A program made the position numbers and the translations under genes. DNA of 64,000 nt from the human T2T-CHM13v2.0 reference genome, Homo sapiens, in NCBI RefSeq assembly GCF_009914755.1, contig NC_060926.1; one strand, 5' to 3'. Positions 27,465 through 42,418 of this stretch are shown here, piece by piece. The stretch's first letter is position 1, and each line of letters starts with the position of its first letter. Below the pieces are notes generated by a model. It was not told where the DNA came from, made no database searches, and was given only the letters and a program-made list of their open reading frames with translations.

Positions 27465-27600
27465 CTATCCTCATTCTACAGAAAAAGAGGTTGAAGTTAA
27501 AGAGAAACCCGTCCAAAATCAAGCCATAAAGTAGCAGAATTGAGATACAAGCCTAAGTTTGACCCCAAAACTTTATGCATAACCACTGTGATATTCCTTT
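27465..27600 (-). mobile_element. MIR
   Basis: 'tatcctcattctacagaaaaagaggttgaag...agtagcagaattgagatacaagcc'. Confidence 0.65.
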
Positions 27601-27624
27601 CCTGGGATATGATGAAGGAATGAG

Positions 27625-27785
27625 AAAAGTCCTGGGTTGAGATCTGATCCCAGCACCACTCCTATTTTGCTGTGTGATGTTGGGTAAGTCTCATCCCACC
27701 TCTGGGCCTTACTCTTCTCTTCCGTATTGTGAGGAGGTTAGACTCAGTGATGCTGCAGGCAGTCTCAGCTCTAAAATTCTGCAGG
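27625..27785 (+). mobile_element. MIR (MIRc/MIR3-like)
   Basis: 'gctgtgtgatgttgggtaagtc...cctctgggcct...cagctctaaaattct'. Confidence 0.7.
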
Positions 27786-27877
27786 TCTGACAATCTTTGC
27801 TTTGCCCCTTTGGCTATGGATTGAAAGACTGTCTCCTTCATTTATGGAGAAGCCTCACCATGTCAACTTCACGCCCA

Positions 27878-28260
27878 TGTGGGTTATGAGCCTCTCTGAT
27901 TCCCCTTCAAGGAGGACTTGCTGCTGAGACTTTCAGGGATGCTGCCAGACACTTCAGGGTCTGCCTCAGCTGCAGAGAGCTGCTTAGACCAAGGTTCTGC
28001 ACTTCTAGGGTGGCCCACATTCAAGGGCCAGTCAAGGCATGAGTGTAAAGACCTGGCCATTTCAACTTAACAGAGGGATAGCTATTTTAACTTTAGAACT
28101 CTCCTGGTAGGTAACTGGGGTTGTCATTAGGCCTCACATCTCAGCTTTGGTCTCTAACAAATCCTGCTTCCTCCTTCTCCCCAAGGGCACTCCCTAATAA
28201 ATATCCTTTAAGGAAACTTCATCTCTGAGCCTGCGTCCCAAAAAAACACAACTAAGATCA
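27878..28260 (+). mobile_element. ERVL LTR (LTR16-like)
   Basis: 'ctgcctcagctgcagagagc', 'cccaagggcactccctaataaat...catctctgagcctgc'. Confidence 0.75.
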
Positions 28261-28842
28261 ACTCAGCTGATCACTAAGATCCACCTCCTAACATAGGTTC
28301 CAACAAGCTGGATTTTCTAAGAATAATTGATGGGAAGATGGGAAAATACATATTTTCCAGTGTCCCCAATTTTATGTGTGAAAAAAACTCAGTCTTAGAG
28401 ATGAGAAAGGGCTTTCTCCTATAATAGAGGAAGAAATGACAGAGCCAGCGTTCAAATTGTGTTCACCTAACGGCAAGACCCGTGCTCATCCCAGTATTCA
28501 CAGAGAAAATCTGAAATTTTCCAAGGTAGTTTTGATGTAATATAATTGGGTTTCTGCAGGAACTAAGTAAAATGTCATGTTTACACATTTTTAAGCATTT
28601 AGATTTAAATGCTTCTTCAAATCAGAGAAAGTTCTTTCATACTCCAGGTGTCTGAAAGTTTTCCACAGAAAATGTAATAAACATAATTCACATGTGGGAC
28701 CCACTGTTTATATTTTCCAACCAATTCTATATTTATTTGCACTGTTTTTCCCTATTTATGATTTCTTATATATATAAGAAATCAATACATATGTTAATCA
28801 ACTATTATCTGATATTCCTTACTGGAGGAAAATGGTTTAGGT

Positions 28843-29005
28843 CAGTGCTTCTCAAACATGACAACACTGTTTAATCTCCTAGGAAGCTTTTCAAAAACAC
28901 AAATTCCAGAACTCTCTTCTCCCAAGCCAAGTAAATCAGAATCGCTGGGGAAGACACATAGGCATTTTATGTTTTGAAATCTCCCCAGAAAATTCTGAAG
29001 TTAGG
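28843..29005. mobile_element. MER5-type DNA element
   Basis: 'cagtgcttctcaaac...aaatcagaatcgctgggg...ctccccagaaaattctga'. Confidence 0.7.
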
Positions 29006-29109
29006 ATTAGAAATAATGGGTTTTGTTGTTGCTGCCTAATACACATTATATTAGCTTCTTTTAAAGCTGCATAATAGCTTATATTAAGACTATAACATTG
29101 ATCTGTCCA

Positions 29110-29783
<674 letters not shown>

Positions 29784-30079
29784 AAGTGAGGTGTTTTAGG
29801 CAAAGGGAACAGATTCAGAGGACAAAACACTGTGGTTTTTGAGGCAAGTAGGGCCAATTCAAGTAATTGAAAGACTGCCAAATTCTGAGATCATATCTTG
29901 CAAATCAAAAGCAAAGTATTAGTTTATCATTCATGGCAATTTATATCTACAGTTCCTACAAAATTGTAGAAATAAGATATCTGCTGCTCTATGTGAATTC
30001 AAATATTTATTAAAATGTTTACATGGGGGGTAGTAAAAAACAGTTTTACAAAAATCAAATGCTAGGCAGTGGCACCAAT

Positions 30080-30740
30080 TTTGAACGATGTTTCTACCTC
30101 AAGGATGATGTTAGGGCTTTACATATATTATTTTACTCAATAATTCTGTAAGGAAAGCCTTCTCATCCCTACTTTTTATGTGAGATAAATGAGGCTCAGA
30201 GAAGATAAAGTACTTAAACAAGGTCATCTCTCTTAGGAGTGGTAAAACTAGGATTCAAGATCACAGTAAGAATACAAAAAAGTAAAAAGTAGAAGTGCTT
30301 GCATTTTTCTATCCTCAGTCTTATTTTTACAATCATGAGCTTAGAATTCTGAAAAATGCTAAATCAAAATACATGTAAAATAGAAGGTTGCTCAATGGTA
30401 TCTTGCAATGAAGATATAACTGACTGTGTTATATGTTTATTGTGATAATTGTCATAAACAATGCAAATAAGATACATCAGATTATCTGACTATAGTTGTG
30501 CACAATAGGTGGTAGCCATTGTTGTTGTTGTTAGTGCCACTAATAACTTGCAATCATATTTTGTAGGAAATTTTAGGTTAGATAGTGCTTTCAAGAAAGT
30601 CACCTTTTGTTATATTACACCACCTCTATAAAATAGACTATCCTTATTTTACAGATAAGGAATCAAAAATATCTTCTGCTTAAGTAACTTTCAAAAGCTA
30701 TAGAATTAGTGGGCAAAAAGATGAAATTCAAAACAGTATC
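30080..30740. mobile_element. Cluster of MIR fragments in mixed orientation
   Basis: 'tgaggctcagagaagataaagtacttaaacaaggtca' (~30190) and 'tatccttattttacagataaggaa' (~30640). Confidence 0.65.
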
Positions 30741-30769
30741 ATGCCTCTTTCTTACAATTATAATTCATC

Positions 30770-32880
30770 AGTTTTTATGAAGCCAACCCTCCCACCAGGA
30801 GCAAGTGGGGAAGCCTTGTAACCCAAACACACATCCATGCACATATGTGCACACAACTGTTTCAAGGCTTCAGGGGATTACTAAGAAATATAGGATTTAA
30901 GGAGTTAAAATCTCACAAAAAAGAGAAAGGTGCTGATGTGAACCTCATGTTTCATCTGGCCTTTCCCCTCCAGGCATTCGCTGGTTGCCAAACTGCACAG
31001 GACTAGCGTCTAAAAAGCCAAACTAAAGCTGCTCCAAAGAAGTCCAAAATCCAAACAAAATTTTTGACAATTACATGGGATTGGAGAGATAAAACTTAGA
31101 ATTCAAGGTTCCCAAGGAAACAGGGGTACCAGAAAGGAGGGAAGAACACAGCAGGTGAGCTCAATACACAGCCCCAGGTTTCTGTTAGGGGCATTTGAGA
31201 AGACGAAACACTAAGCACAGCTTTGGAGAGCCTCACAGTGTTACGTATGCAAAGAAATATGGGTCCCAATAAGGAGAGTTCTTGTATAAGCTCAAAGTTT
31301 GGGCTTTTGGAAGAGTTCACACTGGGAGTAGGTGCAAACCAGAAAGAGAACATGATTAAGATATAGAAACTCAATCTTTCTACAGCTGGATATCAGAGAG
31401 CGGTGTTGGAATCTGCTCCTTCTCTAGCTGCCTAGCAAAAATTAAATCGAATGAAGTCATCTGTGAAGGTAGAGAACATCATTCAGCACCTCTATAACTT
31501 GTCCATATACAAAAGTTAGGACTCAATTATAAATTACCATTCTGAAACTGAAATAGTGCCAAGAGGAAAGAAAAAAGGAAAGAGAAAGTAGCAATATACT
31601 CACAGATGATTCAGATATTGAAGTTCCCAGAAATGGATTCTAAAATTGCTATGACTTATATGTTCAAGAAAGTAGATGACAAGATATAACATTTTACCGC
31701 AAAGGGAAAAGCAATAAAAAAGAAGCAAATAGCAATTATAGAACCCATAGCTTCTGCTTCAGACCAGATTGGAGTAAAAGGAATCAGATTTGACCTCCCA
31801 CTGGAAACAAATTTTAAAATGAGTAAATATATGAGAAAATATATTTTCAAGACATTGGAGATCAATAAATGAAGAACAGTAATCCCTAAGAGTTATGAAT
31901 GAAAATAATGGAAGCTCTACAATTGTCCATATTATCTCTTTGAGAGAGATTCTAGGCTGTGGCTCAGGAAAGGGAAACTCAGGAGTCCAGGAGACTAGGG
32001 TTGAAAGCCTAGGGAGACCAAGTAGATTGAGTTTTTAGGGCAATGGACCAGGAAAGGTAGAACTGCACACAGAAAGAATTATAAATAGGACTCTGGGTAT
32101 GTGAAGATGACACCTACTTTGAGTATTCAATAACATACTAATCAATGAATGCATGTGAGAAAACCATCCAAAGTATCTGGGAAGGAATAACATGAAAGAA
32201 TTAGAAAGTTGCTTAGAGTTTACGCAAGGGCAGGGAATAGTGCCTGTTTCCACTCAACAGACTGGAAAATCTACTGAGTCACAGGGCACTGGGTCCAAAG
32301 CAAGTTCACTTTGCACTGGTATTAATCCCAGGGAAAGACCCAAAACCCCCCACCCACTGCACGCTGAGCTATGACAGTTTCTATCACTTGCACAAGTCTG
32401 GTGACCCAGAACACTTGCATACAACCCTTCATGAAGTAGGTTTATTACTTACAGATAGGCAGCAAGGGACAACAGAAGCCTAGAATTCATGACAAACCAG
32501 TCCCCCAAGCTTCAGGAAAGCTACCCAGGGCAGATGGAACCTATGCGTATGTGCCCCACTTGCACTTCAGCTGAGGGGCCCTGGAAAGCAGCCCACAGTG
32601 GATTCTATACTCCGGGGATTATATGGTTACCGGGCTAAAGCGCTGTAGGACATTCTGTTCTAGGAAGGACTTGGAGCAGCCCCTGGCCTGTTCTAGCCAA
32701 TTCCACTATATGTCAGAATGTTGCATTCCCAGCACATTCTAGTTATTCTTGAGAACTATAGGCAAGAAAAGGGGAGAAGACAGCGTTGGCCCAAGACACC
32801 TGGAGAACTGTCCTGCGTTGGATAGAATACTCAGAAGAAATTTGTCGAAGTTGTAGGAAGAATTCACCCTAGACTAAAGG
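30770..32880 (+). mobile_element. Old L1 5'-end fragments (two elements, junction near 31750), interrupted by an ERVL LTR
   Basis: ORF1-start-like 'agatgattcagatattgaagtt...ctatgacttatatgttcaag'. A second 5' end starts 'ttctgcttcagaccagattggagtaaaagg' and resumes after the LTR at 'tagaatactcagaag'. Confidence 0.55.
32294..32817 (-). mobile_element. ERVL solo LTR (LTR42-like)
   Basis: Minus-strand start 'gcaggacagttctccaggtgtcttgg...tagttctcaagaataactagaatgtgctgggaatgcaacat'; minus-strand AATAAA near 32445. Confidence 0.7.
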
Positions 32881-33536
32881 CTGCAAACAACCTATGTGTC
32901 TATCAAGACATGAATGGATCAACACACTGTAGCATATCCCTATAATAAAATAATGCTTAGCAGTGAAAAGCAATGAACTATTGATTATGCAATTACAAAA
33001 TAATCATGCTGAGTGAAAGAAGCCAGTCAAAAAAGAGTACAGACTAATTATATGTATAATTATTATGCATCATTTAAAAATAAAAAATAAAATAGAACTC
33101 AAATTAGCTACCATTCTCATATGCAAATATTATTGCAACTCTTTGTAAGCTTTTTGCATATACCAAAAGATAATTTACAAGTTAAATACCAGATTATTTT
33201 TTATTTGTTAAAAAACTCTTCAAAAAACTGATTGTATAGAAACTAATAACATATAAGGTTAGAGAATTACAAATATCAATATAGTTTTTCTTATTAGGAT
33301 AAAAAAGTCCCTTTAAATCAAAAAGCATATAATTGCAATAGTAATTGCATGTTAATTAATGTAATACAAACTGACTATTAAAACATGGATTCATTTTTTA
33401 CTATTATATGGAATAAGAGCATATCAAAGCCTTAGGTAATTAAAATTTACATTGATGAGATGTCCATGCTAAGCTTAGTGCAGCAATATCAGGCTTATAA
33501 TTGAAAAAACAATTATATGCATGATTATATATGTAT

Positions 33537-33586
33537 AGATTTATGATTATTGTTTACATATTATAATCCACAATAATCATAAATCT
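33537..33586. repeat. 17-bp perfect inverted repeat, 16-nt spacer
   Basis: AGATTTATGATTATTGT (33537-33553) and ACAATAATCATAAATCT (33570-33586). Confidence 0.92.
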
Positions 33587-34894
33587 GGTGTGGGGGGAAA
33601 ACTTAGGCTTTACATGTAATGTAGAAAGATGAGATGTATCAGGAATGAGTGGACTTTTATATAAACCTTAAAAGTCATAAAAGTGCTTTTTGAGGCCTTT
33701 TGAAAATCAGTTGCTCCAGGGGAGGGCATGATGGTCAGAACTTTGGTAATTAAAGGGTAGAAAACATGCAGAATTGGATACACATTTTATAACTCTATTT
33801 TTATCTTCACGATTTTTGCTAGCAATCATGTTTCAAGGTAGCCAAAGGGCTTTTGAATCACAATTTATATCCAAGTCAACAGGTTTATATTACCTCCAAT
33901 TGTAATTAGAAAATGATAAGCATGAAATATTTTCTAGTTCTCTTAAAATTAGTAATACTACATGTTTTTCTGTGTGTCCTTACTCCAAAAATAAAATTTA
34001 CCAAAAAAGGAAGAAAAGTCTTCCCACCCCATCATCATGAACATGTTAACAGAAAAATTAAACGAGGCAACATATCCTGAAGACATTTATGAACTTAAAG
34101 TGCTATATGATTATGTAAATGTAATTAATAACCTATATCTTTTTCCATAGCTAGTAATATAACGTTTTAGAGCAGGAGAAACTTAAGAAATTGCCTTGTC
34201 AAATGCTGACATTGTACAAGCCAGGCGATCAGTGCTTTGCTTGGTGAGTTTACCTATCCAAGACTCCACAGCCTCTTTGTGGCAGAGAAAAGTCCAACCT
34301 CTTAGCCCCTAGTTTTAACTCATGTGTTGTCTCTCCACCAACTCCAACTTCTCGTGCTGATTTATAAGTGAAGTTCATCGTAGATTCTCTGTAGATATTT
34401 ATAACCACGCAGAGCTCAGGTCCTCGCTCCTGAGCAGGTGCTGCTCGGCTGCTTGCCATGACTCCTCTCCTTGCACTCTGAAAACAAGGTCATTTTGTTC
34501 ACAGGCTGAGTGCAGAGAACCTTGTACAGATCAGGGGTTTTAAATATGACAAACAGGAGTGTCTAATGCTGAACATTTCAGAATTCATTAAATGTTGCTG
34601 TTTTAGTAATCAAAACCATTAATTGCAATAAATAAATTTACCCATTCCCCATGTAATCCAGGGTGATATGGAGTAATTAGTACTTCATTTCATTGCTTGG
34701 AATTGATATCAATTAATTTACTTGCCAGGTAATTTGTTCAACCTGTTTAAGAATTTTTCCTTGTAATTCTGTTATTACCTTTGTCTAATAATGTTTAAAA
34801 CATAATGTAATTAAATGATAACTAAAACTACTGTAAATCATATTTAGTGAGTACAGTGATTGACCATCTTTTTTTTTCTGTCAGTGCAGTAATT

Positions 34895-35158
34895 TTTTTC
34901 TTTTTTCGAGACAGAGTCTCGCTCTGTCGCCCAGGCTGGAGTGTAGTGTCGTGATCTTGGCTCACTGCAACATCCACCTCCTGGGTTCCAGTGATTCCCT
35001 GCCTCAGCCTCCCTAGTAGCTGGGATTACAGGCTGTGCCACCATGCCTGGTTAATGTTTTTTAAATGTTTTTAGTAGAGAAGGGTTTCACCATGTTGGCC
35101 AGGAGGTCTCAGCCTCCCAAAGTGCTGGGATTACGGGCGAGAGCCAATGCGCCCGGCC
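34895..35158 (-). mobile_element. Alu (AluS) with a ~30-bp left-arm deletion
   Basis: 'ggaggtctc|agcctcccaaagtg' lacks the gaactcctgacc...cgcctc segment; TSD CAGTGCARTAATT (34882-34894 and 35159-35171). Confidence 0.93.
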
Positions 35159-36230
35159 CAGTGCAATAATTAAATACACAATCTATGTCATATGTCAGGT
35201 GGACTAGCCTGCCCTTTTTTTGAGGTCATCTTTGGTTTTCAGAATTAAAAAAAAAAAAATCCCTTGAGCATTGACAGCAAGAGTGACAATATTCTTCTCC
35301 CCACTTACCAGCACATAAACCCACCCAGTCCTTCCTGGTTCTATTCCCATTACCTCCTCTTCATTCTGTTTTAGCCACCTCCACCTTACCCTTCTCTTCC
35401 CTCCCTCACTTATCTTACTTGCTCCTCAGATGGGTAGGTCCTCTCTCTATCCTTCCTCAGCCCTGTTCTTCTTCTGTCATAGTACTCCTCATCCTACATA
35501 AGAATCATTTATCTTCTGAACATCAACAAGTAGCCACTGTACTCAGGTTCCAAAATCTCTGCTGGAGATGTAGTGGTTAGAATGACCAACACAGCCCTTC
35601 TCCTCACAGGACTTCCGGTAGAAACAAGCAGGGGACTTGAATCATCAATCATATTTTAATCATCAGAAGCATGCGAAATACTATAAACTAGAAATACAGG
35701 GCAGTACCAAACTAAATGACTGCTGTACTGTCTTCAGTATCCCGATCATATCTACAATATAAGCAAGTACACAAAAAAATACAAAATGTTTTGTTTTCTT
35801 CAAGCATTGTATATACACAAGATACAAAAATATTCTTGGGAAAACCGAACACACAAATGACTATTATCCTAGAGTCCCCTCCGCTAGGCTCATGTGGAAA
35901 ACTGAAACAGAATTTTACTTCTCTACTTACCCTGAAACCCCACAACTTTCTCAGACTGTCACTAAAGTTGATGAATTTTGGTTCTCATTTAAGGGCTACT
36001 TAAATGTTTCTTTCATAGAGCATGAGGTTCTTGTCTTTCTCAAGGCTGTGCCTCACTTCCTTCTTGCACTCTGTCTTGAAGATGAGCAGGAAAGCTCCTC
36101 AGAGCCATCTAAGGTAGCCATCATTTCTCCTTTGCCAAGGAAACCTTTCTCCAATCTGTTCTTGCCTGGATACCAGGACCAACTCCCTACTAAGTAACTG
36201 TGTCCCCTTGGAGTGTTGTGCAGTACAGAT

Positions 36231-36388
36231 CAGTGTCTGCCAAACATGTATCCAAATGATTTCGAGATCATTTAAAAGTGCAGTTGGATTCAGTAGGTCT
36301 AGGGTGGAGTCTGAGATTATGCATTTCTAACAAAATCCTGGGTGATGTCAATGTTGCAGGTCTGCGGACCACATTTTGAGTAGCAAGG
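36231..36388. mobile_element. MER5A1-like DNA element
   Basis: 'ggattcagtaggtctagggtgg...tgcatttctaacaa...ggaccacattttgagtagcaagg'. Confidence 0.8.
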
Positions 36389-38739
36389 ATGATGGAAACA
36401 AAGAGATTAATCTGCATGAAAAAAATTTTGGAAATTTATTGGTGTCATAATATCTACCAAATCAGGGCCAAATCTAGAGATATCTACAACTGTGACTCAA
36501 CATAAAGGCATATATTTTTGAGCAGGACCTTCAGAGGTTCTAAAAGCTTATTCTATTACAAAGTTTCACAATATGCTCCTACTTTGGATCTTGTTTCTAA
36601 CTCCATAGCAGCGCATGTCACTAAAGAACTAATGGGGGCATTATCAAAAGAGAAGTCTGACCTCTGTCCCAGGTTAGCCCCCAAGGTCTTATCACAGCTT
36701 TTTCATGTGAGCTCCCAGTACCCTATGGCTGCGGCATCCCCTATAAGAATATGTTCTGTGTTACGACCAGGTTTCCTTCTGCATCCTGTACCAGGATTAT
36801 CATGGGATTACTCCCTAGATTCATCATCAGTGAATGTGATAAATACCAAATGGCCAGAAAGATTGCAAACTACCTGTGTGAAAAGAGGTCAAAGGTTTCA
36901 AGGGAAGGGGAGTTCAGTTATCATCAGGCAGCTTTTTAAAAGCTCATTAAAGCACAATCATACAGGGTTATAACAGTCTAATTCTAAAGAACAGAGGAGA
37001 AACTATTGACCAATAAACTTTGACTTAAAATCATATCAATTAAATGGGGGAATCCCTAGTGACAGCCCAATTCTAATTGAAGTTTGCTCAACAAAATCCT
37101 TATCTGGCCCTTATTCCCTTTATTACCTCTTATCATTTTTCGTTCTTTTCATTTTGAATTCTATGAAGACAAAGAGATGTTGAGCACCAGCTCACCACAG
37201 GACCTTCCCTTTGTGACAGACCCAGTGGGCCCTGCCACATTTCTCTTAGTTATTCTGTTTGTTATGTTACCTGCTTGCCGCTGGGACGCATACACTATCC
37301 CCATCATGCCCTCCCAAAAATGCCCATTACAAATTTATGAAATAGGGGCAAGGACACAAGGGCTGCAAAAATGAGCCACAGTCACTAGTTTGTGAAAAAA
37401 AAATTAGTGTTGATGCCAACTAATCTTTCTCTTTACCTATGAGACAGGAAAATGGCCTTTTGTCCCCTTTTTTTCTCAGCTCAGGTACTTGGCTATTGCT
37501 TTGCAGTCTCTACTCGTTAAATAGAGATACCTACTAGAATTTTTCATCCTCCTTCAAAGTGTTATGAGAAACAGAGATAATGGCCTAGAAAGTCATTTGA
37601 AATGTTGAAAATCTTGATTCAATGTGAGACAGCTGTTTAAATCATAGTTTATGAATAAGAAAACAACAATGTAGCAGGTTTCCAGCATACTAAAAATAGT
37701 AAAGTTTAGTTTCCCTAGGAAAAGTTTCTACACAGTTTTTCCTTCAAGGGATATGTATAATTTTGATGCGCTTTGGAATATCCTAGTCCCAAGCTTTTTA
37801 AAATCAGCTTTACTTAAGAGCACTTAGCTTTACGAGAACCTAGCATAGCACAGACATGGTTTCTTTATTTTTCAGAGGATGGTCGGCAGAGAGTATCCGA
37901 ATTATTGCTCCATGCTGCGAGATCCCTGTTCCTAGGAAAGCCGAGGTCTGCCTTCCAATGTGCAATTCTAGCTTAATAGGGAAGTTATATCACTGTTGAC
38001 AGTCTTGTCCTTTCTTAATAAATCTTAGGAGTTATCCCATAAGGAATATTCATTTTCCTTCAGACATGAAGTGACCATTAAGATGCGCCAGTAAAGAATC
38101 CATGGCTTTCAGTGTCTGGCCCTATTTCTTCTAGTTCAAGAATTTTAAGAAAAAATATTGCAATAAAAGGTATATTTTTATTAGCTACAAAGTGGATACA
38201 TTTCTTGTTTCTCAAAAAAAAAAATGTGTTATTCTGAAAATGTTCAAATAGCCAGGATTTATATTTTGCTAAAGTTAGATTTTAAATAAAAGATTCCTGC
38301 TTAATTATAAAGAGAGAATATTTACTGATAGAAAATGTCTCTATAAATGGAAACATGTTTTCATGCTGCCCCTGACACCCGTCGGGGGTGGCAAGAGAGT
38401 GGAGAGTGGAGATTGCTCAACACCAAAGGTGAAGCTGGGTCATCAAAGGGCAGGAAGAATTATGATGGCTGAAAATAACAACAGAGGGGACCCACAGCAA
38501 AGTCCAACCTTAGCCTCCACCAATAAATAAATGTACCACCAATAGATAAATTAAAAAAGTGACCTTCTCTGTGTCTGAGGGTTATTGACTATCCATTTTA
38601 TTTTTTTTCTGCCACTTATTAATACCTGTTTGCATAGAGAGATACTTGCATTTTATGCAATCAGGAATAGAAAGCAGTTCCCTTTGAAAATATTACAAGA
38701 GAAGGTTGATAAGCATATATGTGTATGGAGAGGCATGAA

Positions 38740-38945
38740 ATCAACATTTATTGATACCTACCATGTGCTGGAATCTGAGCTAAGATGCTTTTGTATGTGT
38801 TTTCCTAACTAAATAATTATATCCCTACCATTTAAAGATCTATGATACTAAGAAGTTAATTAACTTGCTCCAGATGAGATAGCTGCCAAATATGAAAAAC
38901 AGTCCCAATGTCCTGTTGTGATGTTCAAGTCACATCACACTATAT
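38740..38945 (-). mobile_element. MIR
   Basis: 'aacatttattgatacctaccatgtgctgg...agaagttaattaacttgctcca'. Confidence 0.65.
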
Positions 38946-38963
38946 TTTCTCACTTATACAATA

Positions 38964-39453
<490 letters not shown>

Positions 39454-42418
39454 CCAGAAACTTTGTTTTAATGAGAATTGTAAAGGTTCTTTCAACTCTT
39501 ATTTTTCTCCCCAGTCTGGCATCACTGTTTCTCCCCAACTCTTGTTTATCTCTCAAAATGCAATCCTTAGATATCAGCAATAAAGACATCTGCAAAGTAT
39601 ATCTTCCATGAAAGCAATAAGAATAGCTCAACAAATTGCATGTAGGATCACTCAAAGAGATCTATTTCTAGATATTACAATTAAATTGTTGAAAGCCAAA
39701 GACCATCTTGAAGGCAGAAAGGGAGAAGTTATGGATCGTATGCAAGGGATGCTCAATAAGATTAACATATGTCTCATCAGAAACCGTGGAGGCCAGCAGG
39801 CAGTAGCATGGCATGTTCAAAGTGCTGAAATACAGACTGCCAATCAATAATTTTATAGCCTGCAAAACTATCCTTTAAAAATGAAAAAAAAAATTAAGAT
39901 ACTCCCGGGTAAACAACAACTGAGACAATCTGTTGCCAATAGACTTACTCAAAAGAAATTTTAAAAGGAACCTGAAAGAAGGCTGAAATGAAAGAACACT
40001 AGACTGTAACGCAAATCCACCTGAAAATTCAAGGAGCACCAGTAAAGTTAAATACAGAGGTAAATATAAAGCACAGTATACATGTATATTTTTTCTACTA
40101 TCTTATTTTTAAAACAACTTTCTAAAACAATAATTATGAATCATTATTGATGGATGCCCAGTATAGAAAGATGTAATATGTATAACAATACAACAAAGGA
40201 GAAAAGATTAAATGGAGGTAAGTAAGAGCAAAGCTAGTACTTACTATGGAAATTAGATTGGCCTTAATCTGATCCAGATAGTCATAAGCTATGACATTAA
40301 TTGTAACTCTCAGGGTAACCACTATGAAAATAACTCAAAAATACATAGTTAAAGAAATGACAAGAGAAGTAAATTGCTACCGTAGAAAAATTTATTTAAC
40401 ATATAACAGACAGCAACAGAGGAAGGCGGGGAAATATGTAGAAAATATGTAGAAATATGTAGAAAACAAATAGAAACATCATGGAAATAAATGTTACATT
40501 ACCAGCAGTTATATTACAGGTACATTTATTAAACATTCCTAAAATGGCAGAGAATAGATAAAGAATTAAAAAGAAAACATGATCCAACTATATGCCATCT
40601 GCAAGAGACACACATTAGAATCAAAGACACAAATGAATTGAAAGTAAAAGGATGTAAAAAGAGATATTATGCAAATAGTGACCAAAAGAGAGCCAGATTA
40701 GCTATATTAATACCAGCCAAAATAAACTATCATCTACTTTGTGGTAGATAGAATCATGAAAGAGAGAAATATTCAATTCAACAGTAATGGTTGGAAATTT
40801 TAATATACCATCTTCAATGATGAGTGAGTCAACTAGACAGAAAATAAGAGAAAATCAAATACTTGAACAACAATATAAACCAACAAAGCCTCACATATCT
40901 ATAGAACATTCCATTCAACAGCAGCAGAATGAATATTCTTCTCCAGTGCATTCTTCATATAGACCATATGCTCGGCCATAAAATATATTTCAGCAAATTT
41001 AAAAGGCTTCAAATTACAGAAAGTATATTCTCTGAACGTACGGAATAAAACTAAAAGTAAATAACAGAAGCAAATTTTGGAAATTCATCAACATGGCAAT
41101 TTCACCACACATTCCCTAATAACTAATGCACAAAGAAGAAATCACAAGGACATTTAGAAAAATGCTTTGACAGAAAGAAAAAGGAAAGCACAATACATAA
41201 AAATTTTTGAGATGCAATTTAAGGAATACATAAAGAAAAATATATGACTATAAACACCTATATTAAAATGAGAATAATATCAGTAATCTAACCTTCTACC
41301 TTAAGAAACTAGAAAAAGAAATGCAAATTAAGTACAAATCAGGCAAAATAAAGTAAATAATAAGGATTAAGGCAGAAAAAAATTAGATGATATAATTGCC
41401 ACAAAGAAAATCTACAAAACCAAAAGGCAGATCTTTAAAAATGTCAATAAAATTGACAAAACTCTAGCTAGACTGACCGAGTTAAAAATGGAGAAGACTC
41501 AGATTATTAGGATGAAAAAAGAAGAGGAATATTATTATTCACCTTGCACAAATAAAGAGGATTATAATAGAATACTATGAGCAATTACATGCAACAAATT
41601 GGATAACCTAAATAAAACAGAAAATGTCTAAAAATACATAAACTACCAAAATCGACCAAAAAAGAAATAAAAACACAAATAGATCAATAATGAGTATACT
41701 GTTAATCAAACACTTTTCAAAAAGAAAAGACAGGAACCAAAGCTTCAACTGGTAAATTCTGCCAAGCATTTGAGAAGAATTAATACCCGTTCTACATCAA
41801 CTCTGTCAAAACATAGAAGAGCGAACAACTTTCACAATTCATTTTATGAGGACAATAATCACCAAGACTAAAACCAGACAAATAACAAACAAGAAAATCA
41901 CAGATTACTTTGCCTATGAATATAGTTTTTAAAACTCTTTAAAAAGTACAACCCTAAATCCATCAAAATACAAAAAAGAATTATACATTATGACCAAGGG
42001 GGATTTATTTGAGGAATGCAAGGTTGGTTTAACATGCATTCAACAAACCATATTAATTGAACAAGAGATAAAAACTATATGATCATTTCCATAGATCCAG
42101 AACAAGCATTTAATAAAACATAACACTTTTTCATGATTTCTTTTTCAAAAATCAACAAACTGGGAATAGAAGAAAAATGTCTTAATCTGTTAAAGGGCAT
42201 CTACGAAAAATGTACAGGTGGCATCATATTTAATGGTGAAAGACTAAATGTTTTACCTCTAACATAAGGAAATAAAGGGATAGCCCCTCATCCCACTTCC
42301 ATTCAGCATTGCACTGGAGGTTCTATCCATGGCAATTAGGCAAGAAAAAGAAATAGAAGTCATCCAAAATGTAAATAAAGAATTAAACTGTGTCTATTTG
42401 CAGAAGACATGGTCTTGT

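Noticed and set aside
36518-36973. 151-aa ORF in mostly unique sequence
   Set aside because: TTG start, no recognisable domain or splice structure; a frame this long is plausible by chance in 64 kb.
38366-38395. 12-bp GC hairpin with G-U pairs, and CTCF-like strings here and near 22605, 23958 and 53090
   Set aside because: Too short or too mismatched to exceed chance.
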